64,000 nt of DNA from assembly GCA_001662655.1 (NCBI GenBank), contig KV460206.1; one strand, given 5' to 3'. The translations under genes and the position numbers were made by a program. This DNA is from Pseudogymnoascus verrucosus (lineage: Eukaryota). Shown here in pieces: positions 53,217 to 64,000 of the stretch (position 1 is the stretch's first letter; each line of letters opens with the position of its first letter). Below the pieces are notes generated by a model. The model had not been told where the DNA came from. It was given only the letters and a program-made list of their open reading frames with translations, and did not search any database.

Positions 53217-54683
53217 ATCGAGGTCTCGTGGGTACTTGGAGATCGGTGCCGCAGGATGGGAGAGGGTTGGTGGTGTGTGAGAGTTGTCGTGTGAAGCTAT
53301 CGTAGGATGTCGGGTGCTGTTACACGGAGCAAATTTTGTCTGTATAGCAATAGTGAACAGAAGATGGCTGGTGGGTGAAGATTGAAGCCGACGATGAATT
53401 TTGGTTTGTCTAATTTCTTGTCGCTGGCGCCGAGGCTCGTGACTTCCTTACGTGTTCATACATGGCAGTACATGAAATATAGTGGTTGGTGGAGGCACGA
53501 GTGAAGTATTGTTGGTGTAGCGGAATGAGGATATGCGTGGTGGTAGTGTGGTATTTACTGTACACCTGGGAGTAGTTGGAGTAGTTGCAGCACTGTAGTT
53601 GGAGCACTGTAGTGGGACTCTGTAGTGGGACTCTGTAATGGGACACTGTGCGAGTCGGGTGTGGAGAAATCCAACAGGGTGTCGCAACTGTGAACAGCTT
53701 AGCTTTTCTCCAATTTTTACTCGTGATACCACCGTATATATGCCGATGTCGATATGATGATCTATATCTGCTAGATTAGTGTATATATGTGCTACATAAG
53801 TGTTATTATAATACAATTTGTATATAATAGTAGGCTTTAAAAGGAGACCCAATGCCCATCACGTACATATATACTCCGTAGTATACATAACGTGCTTTCT
53901 AGTTTCTGGTAGACCTCTCCTAACATGAAAGAAAACTAGGGCTCGGCTTAACAGGCAACACCCATTCGGCCGATATGCCGCTCTGTGCCGCTTTGTTCCT
54001 ACTTGGAGACTTGGATGAGGATTATAAAGATAGCGTACTCCAATAGTTTACTCTGGTATACCTCATACCTATACTAGGTAGTGCGTGTGAGTGTTCTCAC
54101 ACCAGCCTTCGATGGCGAGCTACTGCACCCATCTTGGCTCCTCCCTCTCTGAGACTAGTGCCACGACTTGACCTCACAACATATAAGTTTGAGGGCCCCA
54201 AGTAGTTGCAATGCATCGTATTAACAAAAGGGGTGTGTATTCACTTCATTATTTTGATTCTCTGGACGTGTCGTGACGTTCCTGTGTTCTCGTTCGATTT
54301 CTATAACCTAACGGGGTTGCTCTACCCCCGCCAACCGCGCCTGCCCAGCAAATTGGGCAGTTATGATATCCGATGCTAGAAAACAGTACTCACATGGGAC
54401 GCCAACAAGACATGCTGTGTACCAGAGAAACCAACGAGAGAACCTCATATGATACGTCGGCGATTATCCAAAGATTACCCTCAATTTTCGAGATATCAAT
54501 CACTATTATATGCATGAAATGAGTTTAAAAGGCAAGTCAATCTTAAATATAAATCATTCTCGTTATGTTTCTAGCAGTAAGAGCTATAAAGTACTTTTCC
54601 CCCGCTTTACTCTTTCTCTGCCTTTGCTTTTCGTTCCTCTCGACTCATATCTTCCTCCATTTTTGAACACATCCCTCCCCATT

Positions 54684-55460
54684 CTAAGAGGTAGGCCCGC
54701 AGAATTGCTGGGTGCATTTACCGCCTGGAGCAGTGCAGACCCCGCAGCTACTGTTGCAGCATACCTGTCCAGATGCGCAGACATTCGGACCGCAGGTTGC
54801 GCGAGCCTCAGTCGCCTTAGAGCATAATTCCTGGGTGCAAAACCCGCCTGGCTTGGTGCAATAGCCACAGCTATCGTTGCAGCATACTTCGCCGAATGGG
54901 CAGGTGTTTGGACCGCACACTGGGCCGCACGCTTCTTGGGTGCAGGCGACTCCAGGTTTGGCGCATTTGCCACAGCTCGCATTACAGCATACCTCGTCCG
55001 ATGCGCAAGTGTTCGCACCACAAACTGGGCCAGTTGTAGCTGCAACTGCTGCGTTGGAGCCTAGGATACAAACCTCGCCGGGTTTGGTGCAAATGTCCAT
55101 GAGGGGGTTGCAGCACACCTCGCCCGTTGCGCAAGTCTTTGAACCACAGACTGGGCCAGCTGAAGCTTCAACTACTGGGTCGGTCACCGGGCAGCCTTGG
55201 ATGCAGAACTGGCCGGGTTTGGTGCAAATGTTGCAGAGGGCGTTGCAACATACCAAGCCGGCCCCACAGACAGCCGTGCCGCATTTCTGGCCGCCAACAC
55301 ACTGCGCAACGTTATCGATGACTTGGCAAACGGTGCCAGAAGGGCAACGGACGACATCGCAAGAGATGGCTCGGTCTTTGAGGACGGGGTTGGCGATGAC
55401 GCCGATAGCCGCAGTCAGAAGCACCACAGCTTTGATAGAGAGAGGATTGAAAGACATCAT
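54684..55460 (-). CDS. Secreted cysteine-rich repeat protein (258 aa, five ~32-aa repeats)
   Basis: Signal peptide MMSFNPLSIKAVVLLTAAIGVIA, 4-Cys N module, five CG..C..G.VCCN..C..C..PG..C.Q..C repeats. No intron. Confidence 0.88.
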   Translation of the reverse strand: MMSFNPLSIKAVVLLTAAIGVIANPVLKDRAISCDVVRCPSGTVCQVIDNVAQCVGGQKCGTAVCGAGLVCCNALCNICTKPGQFCIQGCPVTDPVVEASAGPVCGSKTCATGEVCCNPLMDICTKPGEVCILGSNAAVAATTGPVCGANTCASDEVCCNASCGKCAKPGVACTQEACGPVCGPNTCPFGEVCCNDSCGYCTKPGGFCTQELCSKATEARATCGPNVCASGQVCCNSSCGVCTAPGGKCTQQFCGPTS

Positions 55461-56589
55461 TTTGATTGGTTGAGGTGACTGGATGGTGATGGCGAGCTTG
55501 GATTCAAACCCTCAATCGTGTCAGAGGTGAAGCCGAAATATATACGAACTGCTCTTGGCATCCGACACATCAATTTCACTCATCCAAAGATTTGGTCGGC
55601 TAAGATAGAACAATGGGATAATAGCAAAGTTACGACCCCGCAAAATATACGAAGTAATAAGCAGCTGAACCCACCAGTACCGCGCCAAGATTACTACCTT
55701 ATTGCAGCTCGTCGAATTACGGAGTCAAAAATCCTGTCGTGCGACTGGTTTTGACGTCGAGCGTAACTGCTAAGCCTTGGCTTCGGGTCATCGATTACCC
55801 CGCCGATGAGAATAGGAAAAAGAGATTCTGGATACGAAGTCAACCAAGAGCCAAGGTAATTACAGGACGCGGGCCTGACGGGAGAATTCGCAGTGGGAGG
55901 CATCAATGGCTGGATAATTGACGTGGGATTGAGGTGTGATTGCAGCAAGGGGAAGAAGGGGGTTGCATGCTTCGGTTGGGCATGCAGCCTGTACACCGTT
56001 GGGGTCTGGAGTGTGCTGAGTGAGACGGACAGATCACCGTCTCCGATGCGGACAAGACCGACACAGGAGCGATATAAGCTGACGACGAAGCCCAGCTTCA
56101 TTCTGTTCGTTGGGCTATGGGCGTTTTGATAATGGTTCAGCTCGAGCATTTGTTGACATATATTTCAATATGCCAAGCGTGGCGGGCTGACGGGTCAATC
56201 TAAACCAAAATCCAATTGGGGGGTTCTTATGTTTCGGCACTGGAAAAGCAGGTCCTCAATCTTCCCCGCAAATGACTCCAAACCCCCGGCCAGCTATCCA
56301 TGTAGCATTCTCTGCTTATTGTTCTCGGGTGAGAAGTGAGAGGAGAGTGGTAAATGATTTACATTTGCTTACGCGCCATACGAGATTCATACATGCCCCT
56401 TACTTCTATATCAACTTGGCACCGGTCCAAGTGTGAATCAACCCACTTAACCCACTTATAACAAGTTTACAATCCTACTGCCATCCAAAACTAAAATAAA
56501 AAAAAGAAACCCAGCTATCAGGGCATCAGCGGTCGCAAGTGACGTTACTTTAGAAACGGAAGGTTATAACCCAAAAAAGTAGCAAAAAA

Positions 56590-56655
56590 ACATACAACAG
56601 TAGGTATTCGCTGGTGGTCACCCACCCAACTACTAACCCACCGATCTCAAGCCTT
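56590..56655 (-). pseudogene. 5'-truncated 5S rRNA gene (3' ~66 nt plus T-run terminator)
   Basis: Minus strand reads GCTTGAGATCGGTGGGTTAGTAGTTGGGTGGGTGACCACCAGCGAATACCTACTGTTGTATGT followed by Ts, typical of the ascomycete 5S 3' half. No 5' half found in the window. Confidence 0.88.
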
Positions 56656-57390
56656 TGTAGTGGATTAATACCCGGGAGGGTGCTATCCGGACTAGCGGGT
56701 GCGCGCCACCTCTCCAAGTTTTGAAGCCCCTACGATCATCTGGTTATCTCCTTTGGCTACCTGATGGCGACCATGTCGACACACACGAAGTAGGCCTTGA
56801 GTTAAGACGAGATGAACGCGATGCACAGCGACTTTTGATAGCCATGGTTAATCTGGCGGTATAGATGAGCGGGTGGGCAAGGGTGAGCAGGATAACCGGG
56901 GGTGGTGCGAGGGTGAGAATCGTAAGGTTTGAAAGTAGTCTAAGTACAAGACCCCCCGACACCTTCAGCTTTTGCAGACTGGTTTTTGTATGCGCTATAC
57001 CACAGCTAGGCTGGCGATCTGTACCCTAGGATGGGAACAGGGACGGCTTGGGAATGCCACTTGAGGCAGCGAGGCGGGCCTGCGTGGTCGGTCCATGGTA
57101 GATTTCACGCCATATGCCGCACAGTTTTTGGACTTGAAGTGGACTCGTGTGGCAGCTGTAGTCATATGGCCGGCGACTTCCTTGCTCAGCGACATTTGCT
57201 ATAAGACGGTGACCGTGACGGTTCACCGATGCACGACAGCAACGGGATAGATATGGAGCCACTTACCTAGGCAGCCGCTAATGGTAGGCTACTCTATGCC
57301 TAGAATAAGGGCGGCTATGCTGCCCACTAAATCTTAGAACTAAACCAATAGCTACTAGCACACTGCACACGGCACAAGCCGTACACTACA
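56656..57390. mobile_element. Putative solo LTR (735 bp)
   Basis: Bounded by TGTAGTG...CACTACA (7-bp inverted termini, TG...CA) and starts exactly where 5S homology stops. Flanks GCCTT / GCGAT are not a perfect TSD. Confidence 0.55.
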
Positions 57391-58365
57391 GCGATCTAAC
57401 CATTAAAAAGCTTGTTGTCCCGCTCTTACTTAAGCACGGACTACTGGTCTATAATAACATCTGAACCAGTAGATCTAAGAATATGAAAAGCTTCACCGAT
57501 CGCAACCTTGCAGCTAATATGAAGCCGTATGTTGCCACCGCTACTGTACGTACGAACGCAGACTAACACAAGCCAAACGTTTGGATTGGAGGGATAGATG
57601 GTGGACAGTTGTCTAAGTCCGTCAGATACTACTACCTTAGAATTGTAGCATCACGATGGGGGACAGAGCAAGCCGAAGGACGGGAGAATCAGCGCTCCAG
57701 GCCACATTAGTAGCATTATGACTTGAGAGAGAGTATTGAAAAGTTGGTATGACGGTAGCTATAGATAGCATAGATCAGCAGGGAAAGATTAGATAGCTCA
57801 ATGAATGGTCTTCTGTTAGGGCTGTGTAGGCTGTAATCGAGCACTATGAGAGTGACACTCATTCAAAGAACAGTCCAGACCAACTAAGTTCAAGAGTCAC
57901 TCCCATTAAAAAAACAGTCTATATAGGGATCTAGGATTGTCCCACACAAGTATGGTAGATGCTAAACCTAGCTGCGTCATATATTGATTCGATGGTCTGT
58001 GTCAATGTCAACTCAAAGGAAAAACAACATTAACTTCCTATTCCCCCCAAATCATGTACAGAGGCAAACAACTCACATCGTTTGAATAGCACACTGTCAT
58101 ATTATGATTTGACGTAATATTGTCTCACAATAGCTCCTTTACCAAATCGGGCACTGTTCGATCACTTCTCATTCATGCCAGATCTTGGTTGCACTATCAG
58201 CGGATATGGCTACCATTACAGTGTTAGAATGCAACGGCTGACATTACAACGAGACGCCAATTCAAGCCTTCGTATAAAAAGTCGTTGATACTACCTTTGA
58301 CGTCTATTTATCTTTTACAAGGTCTCTAAGAGAATGGTTCTATATCAAGGAACGATTCACTTACC

Positions 58366-60601
58366 ATGGCAAAACTTCTTATAGTCACCTTGCTTGTACT
58401 CTGTTAGTCTCCCAACATATTTATGATTGCAACTCTATTTCTCTATCACGGCGCGCTAACTTGAAAAGCCGTGGCTGCTAATCCGCAGGGCGGCGGCAAC
58501 AGTGAATGCGCACAGTGGTGCGCCGCGAACTTCGCCCATCCCGGAAATATATGTACAGCACCAGCCGCTCATGGCGAGGGCCCATGCTACGTCTGCGGCC
58601 CAGGCAAGGCCTCACCAACAGAGCAGCTATGCAACGGTGCGTGTAGCGAAACCAGCTCCGATCCTAAAAATTGCGGCGCTTGTAACAATGTGGTAAGATG
58701 CGAGTTTCGAATAGCTTCCTGTATGATTATAACTCAATTCTAATACCGCTGCTCATATATAGTGCCCTTCTGGCAGCACCTGCAAGTCAGGAGCTTGCAT
58801 ATGCACTAATAGCAACTTGGCACCATGCAACGGTGCTTGCCCAGACCTAGGATCTGATAGCAATAATTGTGGAACGTGTAATAACAAGGTAACATGATAG
58901 TTGTTTGTAAGCATCACAGCTTATTCTAATATGTCTCCAGTGCCCTACTGGCAGCACCTGCAAGTCAGGAGCTTGCATATGCACTAATAGCAATTTAGCA
59001 CCATGTAACGGTGCTTGCCCAGACCTAGGATCTGATAGCAATAATTGTGGAAAGTGTGATAACAAGGTAACATGATGATCATTTGTGAGAACTTTACAAC
59101 TTATTCTGACATGTCTCTAGTGCCCTGCTGGCAGCACCTGCAAGTCAGGAGCTTGCATATGCACTAATAGCAATTTAGCACCATGTAACGGTGCTTGCCC
59201 AGACCTAGGATCTGATAGCAATAATTGTGGAAAGTGTGATAACAAGGTAACATGATAATCATTTGTGAGAACTTTACAACTTATTCTGACATGTCTCTAG
59301 TGCCCTGCTGGCAGCACCTGCAAGTCAGGAGCTTGCATATGCACTAATAGCAATTTAGCACTATGTAACGGTGCATGCCCAGATCTAGGATCTGACAGTC
59401 AGAATTGTGGCAAGTGTGGGAATATAGTAAGTCGGTGCATCTTCTACACAGAATTCCGAATGCTCACTTGGCGTTACATCTAGTGTCCGACTGGCAGCAG
59501 CTGTAAGTCAGGAGCTTGCATATGTACAAATAGCAACTTGGCACTATGCAATGGTGCGTGCCCAGACCTAGGATCCGACAGCCAGAATTGTGGCAAGTGT
59601 GGGAATACAGTAAGTCCTTGCGTCTTCCACACATAATTCCGAATCCTGAATACTCACTTGTTACATCTAGTGCCCGACTGGCAGCACCTGTAAGTCAGGA
59701 GCCTGTATTTGCACGAATAGCAACTCAGCTCCTTGCAATGGCGCATGTCCAGACGTGGGATCCGACAGCCAGAATTGTGGCAAGTGTGGGAATATAGTAA
59801 GTCCTTGCATCTTCTAAACAGTATTCCGAATACTCACTTATTACATCTAGTGTCCAACTGGCAGCACCTGCAAGTCAGGAGCCTGTATATGTACAAATAG
59901 CAACTTGGCTCCATGCAATGGCGCATGCCCAGACCTAACGTCTGATAACAACAACTGTGGGACATGTAATCACGCGGTACGTTTCCTATGATGATATATT
60001 TCTTGAACTTGGCCCGTAGATTTTACTAACATGCCTGTGCCTGGAAGTGCGGTGCGTCCGCAACCTGCAAGAACAGTATCTGCGTACCGAATTGTGCTCC
60101 CCCGAAAATGGTGTGTAATGGCGTATGCTTAGATGTCCTCACAGACCCAAACAACTGCGGGACCTGTGGAAAGAAGGTACGGACACTCCCAACAGAGTAT
60201 CAAACCGAAATAAATACACTTGAATGCTAATAATGAGAAATTAGTGTGCATCTGGCGTGTGCAACAATGGGGCTTGCACAACTCCAAGCTGCACCGGCAA
60301 GACGTGTTCCACATTCGGGCCATGTGGCCCTGGTGGATCTTGTGTCTGTGGCAGTACCACAGCAGGCACTGGGTTTTGCGTCGATGGTCAAACACCTTGC
60401 GACGGCCTCCCAACTTGCAACGCTAACTCCGATTGTTCATCCGGTCAGGTTTGCATTGTTAACAGCTGTTGCGTTAAAAATGTTTGCGTCGGTGCAACAT
60501 TCTGTGGCGGTAACACACTGCGCGTTCGTGATTGGTTCTTCCCCACGGTTCCTCGCGCAGTCATGGCAACCATCGGCCATGCGGGCGTTTTGAGGGTTTA
60601 A
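58366..60601 (+). CDS. Secreted cysteine-rich tandem-repeat protein (Stig1-like D..NCG.C repeats), 11 exons
   Basis: Exons 58366-58402, 58469-58692, 58763-58888, 58941-59066, 59121-59246, 59301-59426, 59484-59609, 59671-59796, 59851-59976, 60048-60176, 60245-60601, all GT-AG. Signal peptide MAKLLIVTLLVLSVAA. Confidence 0.88.
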
Positions 60602-61083
60602 AGGAGATGCCTTTGGGGACATGTTAAAAAGTATTCTGAACTCTGGTCTAAACTATGACAAATATTCCGTCAGTCTCGTCTATTTAGGTTCTGTCCTCTG
60701 GTTACAAAAGTTCTTTGCCTAACTACTTGCAAGCTGAACGTGCGCAAAGTCTGCATTCGTTATTTCGCCTTAACTATCTATCTTTTAATTAATGAGAATT
60801 AAGCTTTTTCAAGTAGTATATACTTGTATCATGACCCACACAGTATTACTCTCTTGCTGCGTAAATCATAATCTCCCAAGGAGGACCTATCAAGTCCTAG
60901 AACCTAGAGTGGACTCAGAGACGGTTCTTCCGACCAAGACGAGTTAACTTTCCCTACTCAAGACGTCAAAAGAATAGGGTGAAGTGAGAGTTTCACCTTA
61001 TTCTTTTTGAATTTTTACTCCACTCCCTTTGCCGACCTGCAGAGCTGAAGGATTCCGTAGCTGCCTCGTAGATCCCCTGTCGT

Positions 61084-61511
61084 TTGTTCTCACTATGATA
61101 CCTCGAGGCGGGCGTCACAAACGTTGACCTTTGGACCAAACAAAGACCAAAAAGTCGAATGACTATTACAGTCTAATTTTGGTTGCAGTTGGAATCTGGT
61201 TGTCTCGGGTTAACCGACTGCGGTTCAAGCACTGTTATCATTTGACAGTTGACAAAGAAGCATGGCACGCTGTGGTAACAAAGCAAAACGTCTCGTCTTG
61301 TTCTCACTGTGATGCCTCGAGGCAGGGGTCACAAACCCTGACCTTTGGATCAAACAAAGACCAAAAGGTCGAATGACTGTTACAGTCTAATTTTGGTTGC
61401 AGTTGGAATCTGGTTGTCTCGGGTTAACTGATTGTAGTTCAAGCGCTGTTCTCATTTGATAGTCGACAAAGAAGCATGACACGCTATGGTAACAAAGCAA
61501 AACGTCTCGTC
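61084..61511. repeat. 214-bp tandem duplication, 2 diverged copies
   Basis: Copies start at 61084 and 61298 (TTGTTCTCACT...AAAACGTCTCGTC). Differences are mostly C/T and G/A. Confidence 0.9.
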
Positions 61512-61600
61512 TTATTAGAAGCCATGGTTCGGCGACCAAGCTGTAAGACAAAATCTCCAACACTTCGATGTAAAGCGGCTATTAATGTGATGCTTTGCCC

Positions 61601-63269
61601 ATGGTAATCATGACAGAGTTAAACCCCGTAGCTCGACAGCCACGTCGAAATCACTCACTTGTGCATCAGCGAGTTTCTAGCCTTCAAACCTTCCCAGAAC
61701 AAATCCGCGCGCCCAATAATACACAAATCGAGAACAAAGAGATAGTGGAAGTCCCAAAGGTGCGTATTGGAAATTCTCACTATACCAATCAGAACCTAAC
61801 TATATAATCTTCAGCCCACTGAGCTACAGCGAAGTCCTCTACACTCGAAGCACCTTCGTGCCACAGTCCCAGAGAGTATCCCGCCATCAAAGAGCCAAAT
61901 CATTCACGGATGCACCAGAGAGCGTGCTATTGACAGTGTCAAACGGTGGTTGGAGCCCGTTTCGGGATCAAAATTGGGATCCTGTCAGGAACGACGCTCC
62001 CACTCAGACTCGATCCAAAATCACTCTGAAGTTACCTACTCTGGCAACATCCCTATCCCTCGAAACTGCACAAACTCGGCGCCAGTCGAAGGGGGAACTC
62101 GAGATACCGAAAAGTTTGCTCAGGCACTTGCCATACCTCTGATACAATCTAGTCGGAACGGAGAGGATCACGGTACTCATTGCGACGATTGTTCATGCTC
62201 TCGATCAGCTACGCCAGAAGATGCATCTACAACCTTTACTATGTTAAGTAGGCAATCTCTTGTTGAGAATCCTATGTATAGGGCACATTTAAAGCAGAAC
62301 GGCATCGATTTACTCCCTTCGTACAACCATTTGCCAGGGAATATTTCAGACTTCGTCAATCATCTATGGAAATATCGCAACCCGATAGGGCCATTGGAAA
62401 GTCAAATACAATCGGATAAGCGACTAGCAAAGCTTAGAACGGGTTCCGCAGAGAGCGAGGTCGCATCATATTTCCAGGAACAGCTATTCCTGGTGTCCGA
62501 ACAGACAGATATCCTAAAGGGAAGCCTCAAGTTGCCAATGTCTAAGCTTGTTGTCCCAGGCGTCGATTCAGAATTGAGGGTTAGCATCCCAGTCCCTGAT
62601 ATTCTCTACGGTTACGACTGGTTAGGCGCTTTCACCGACGAAGAACAAGTCCAACTTAATTCAATGGTGATCCCGGTCTTTGGTAACAATGACGGCTTGG
62701 TATTTCCCTTCTTCGCAATAGAGCAAAAGGGGGATGGTCCAGTCAGTCGAGGGAGCTTATGGGTTGCAACGAACCAATGCCTAGGTGCCTCTGCATCGTG
62801 CGTCAACATAGTTGAGCGATTTAACCAGCTCCTGAGACAGTGCAACGATAACAACGACGACATTAAAGGCGGTAATATTGACGTCGGTCTACCCAATAGC
62901 ACATCTTTTAGTATAGCTATGAATGGCTCCGAGGCGCGCCTCTACGTTACCTGGAAGCACGACGAGTTTAAATACCACACTGCAATCGTCGATAGCTTCC
63001 TCCTCCAAAGACCCATGGATTTCCTCAAATTCCGCAGGTACGTCCTGAATATACTCGACTGGGGCATGAGTGCACGCCTCACAGCAATCCGGAACTCGTT
63101 GGGCCACCTTCGCGAGGAGAGCAGGAAGATGGCCTCAAGACGGGCTAAGGCCCGACTGTCGCCTTCGATGGAGGACCGAGATAACGGACAGGCTCAAAAA
63201 CGGCGCAGGGGCTACCGACGAGCCGTTGTGGATGACACGGAGTCGAGCATGGATCCACTGACACTTTAG
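61601..63269 (+). CDS. Fungal PD-(D/E)XK-like protein of unknown function (DUF7924-like); start uncertain
   Basis: Upstream exon (MVIMTELNPVARQ...VPK) and intron ~61760-61815 join in frame to ORF 61950-63269. Motifs PVPDILYGY, FPFFAIEQKG, ATNQCLG, RLYVTW. Confidence 0.65.
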
Positions 63270-63485
63270 GTTTGAAGTGATGGTGGAGTTGGATACGAGG
63301 CATCGGGCGTTAAATGTCTGGGAGATAGAGAGTTGGCTGAGCTGGAAGCGAGGAGTGCGAGAAGGGGAAATATTGTTACAGGCACTGTAACTGTCGATTA
63401 TCTTGCTTTTGTTAACATATCTTCAGCTTGCGGTTATAACAACAGAAATAACAATAAATTGATATCAGTTATTAAAAACCTGTCT

Positions 63486-64000
63486 TTAGACTTCATGCTT
63501 TCGACTGTTTAAATGCCCCCTCTTCATTAGTCGGTGCCTGTTATCGTACAGCTCTTTAAGTCCCCACCACTGTCGATTCAGCCGGCTTTCGGAGCCGGTG
63601 TAGATAAAGGCGTCGTACAAGAAACCCCCAAACGCACATCCACAGAAGGGGGCCACCATAGGAATCCAGAAATAATAGCCACCCGCAGACCAGACCCCCG
63701 GACCATACCCAAGAATATATGACATAAGACGGGGTCCAAAGTCACGAGCAAGGTTAATGGCGTATCCGGTATCCCAGCTAGAGAATATAAGCCAGAGGCT
63801 GCAGCACCTTGATGTGTGTTAACGTACCCAAAGGCGGCTCCAAGTCCAAAAATCAGAAAGAATAATCCAAGGGGAAATAGCGGTCCTGGGCCAGACTTCC
63901 CCATGGCGCCGGGATTTGAGACATCCTTCAATGCAAAAATGGCAAACATGAGGATCGAACTTGCGACGAACTCGGAAACGAACTGGCTCGTTTTCGCGAG
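63486..64000 (-). CDS. Aquaglyceroporin (MIP family), 3' part; runs off the window's right edge
   Basis: [62 protein letters not shown]. Intron ~63778-63826. Confidence 0.92.

Noticed and set aside
57415..57440. GTCCCGCTCTTACTTAAGCAC, loosely like the missing 5S middle section
   Set aside because: Short, gapped and on the opposite strand to the 5S fragment, so probably chance.
58763..59976. Regular repeats with variable spacers resembling a CRISPR array
   Set aside because: The repeats are 126-bp coding exons and the spacers are GT-AG introns in a eukaryotic gene. No cas genes.

Overview
Intron-rich genomic DNA of a filamentous ascomycete (Pezizomycotina; Leotiomycete-like by my impression, not verified), with one assembly gap at 40944-41054. 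Positions 1 to ~53 kb are a dense core-gene block: GLT1 (partial), Apc15, BET1, CHZ1, ARMC8/Gid5, dynein LIC, IST3, HSV2, CDC11, BXI1, SHO1, RO10, an AVT transporter, MRPS16, NNR1, RSR1, WHI3, a PTP, CCDC97, mS45, a divergent mccB/ivdA pair and a hypothetical gene. Inside this block are a 494-bp fold-back pogo/Fot1-type MITE and an intronic two-guide box C/D snoRNA. From ~54 kb the window looks accessory. It holds two divergent secreted cysteine-repeat genes on either side of a half 5S rRNA gene that is cut off by a 735-bp solo-LTR-like element. One of these genes is built from seven tandem 126-bp phase-0 exons, one repeat per exon. They are followed by a 214-bp tandem duplication, a PD-(D/E)XK-like gene and a partial aquaglyceroporin. 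Exon boundaries and family assignments were made by eye and from memory of these families, with no searches run.
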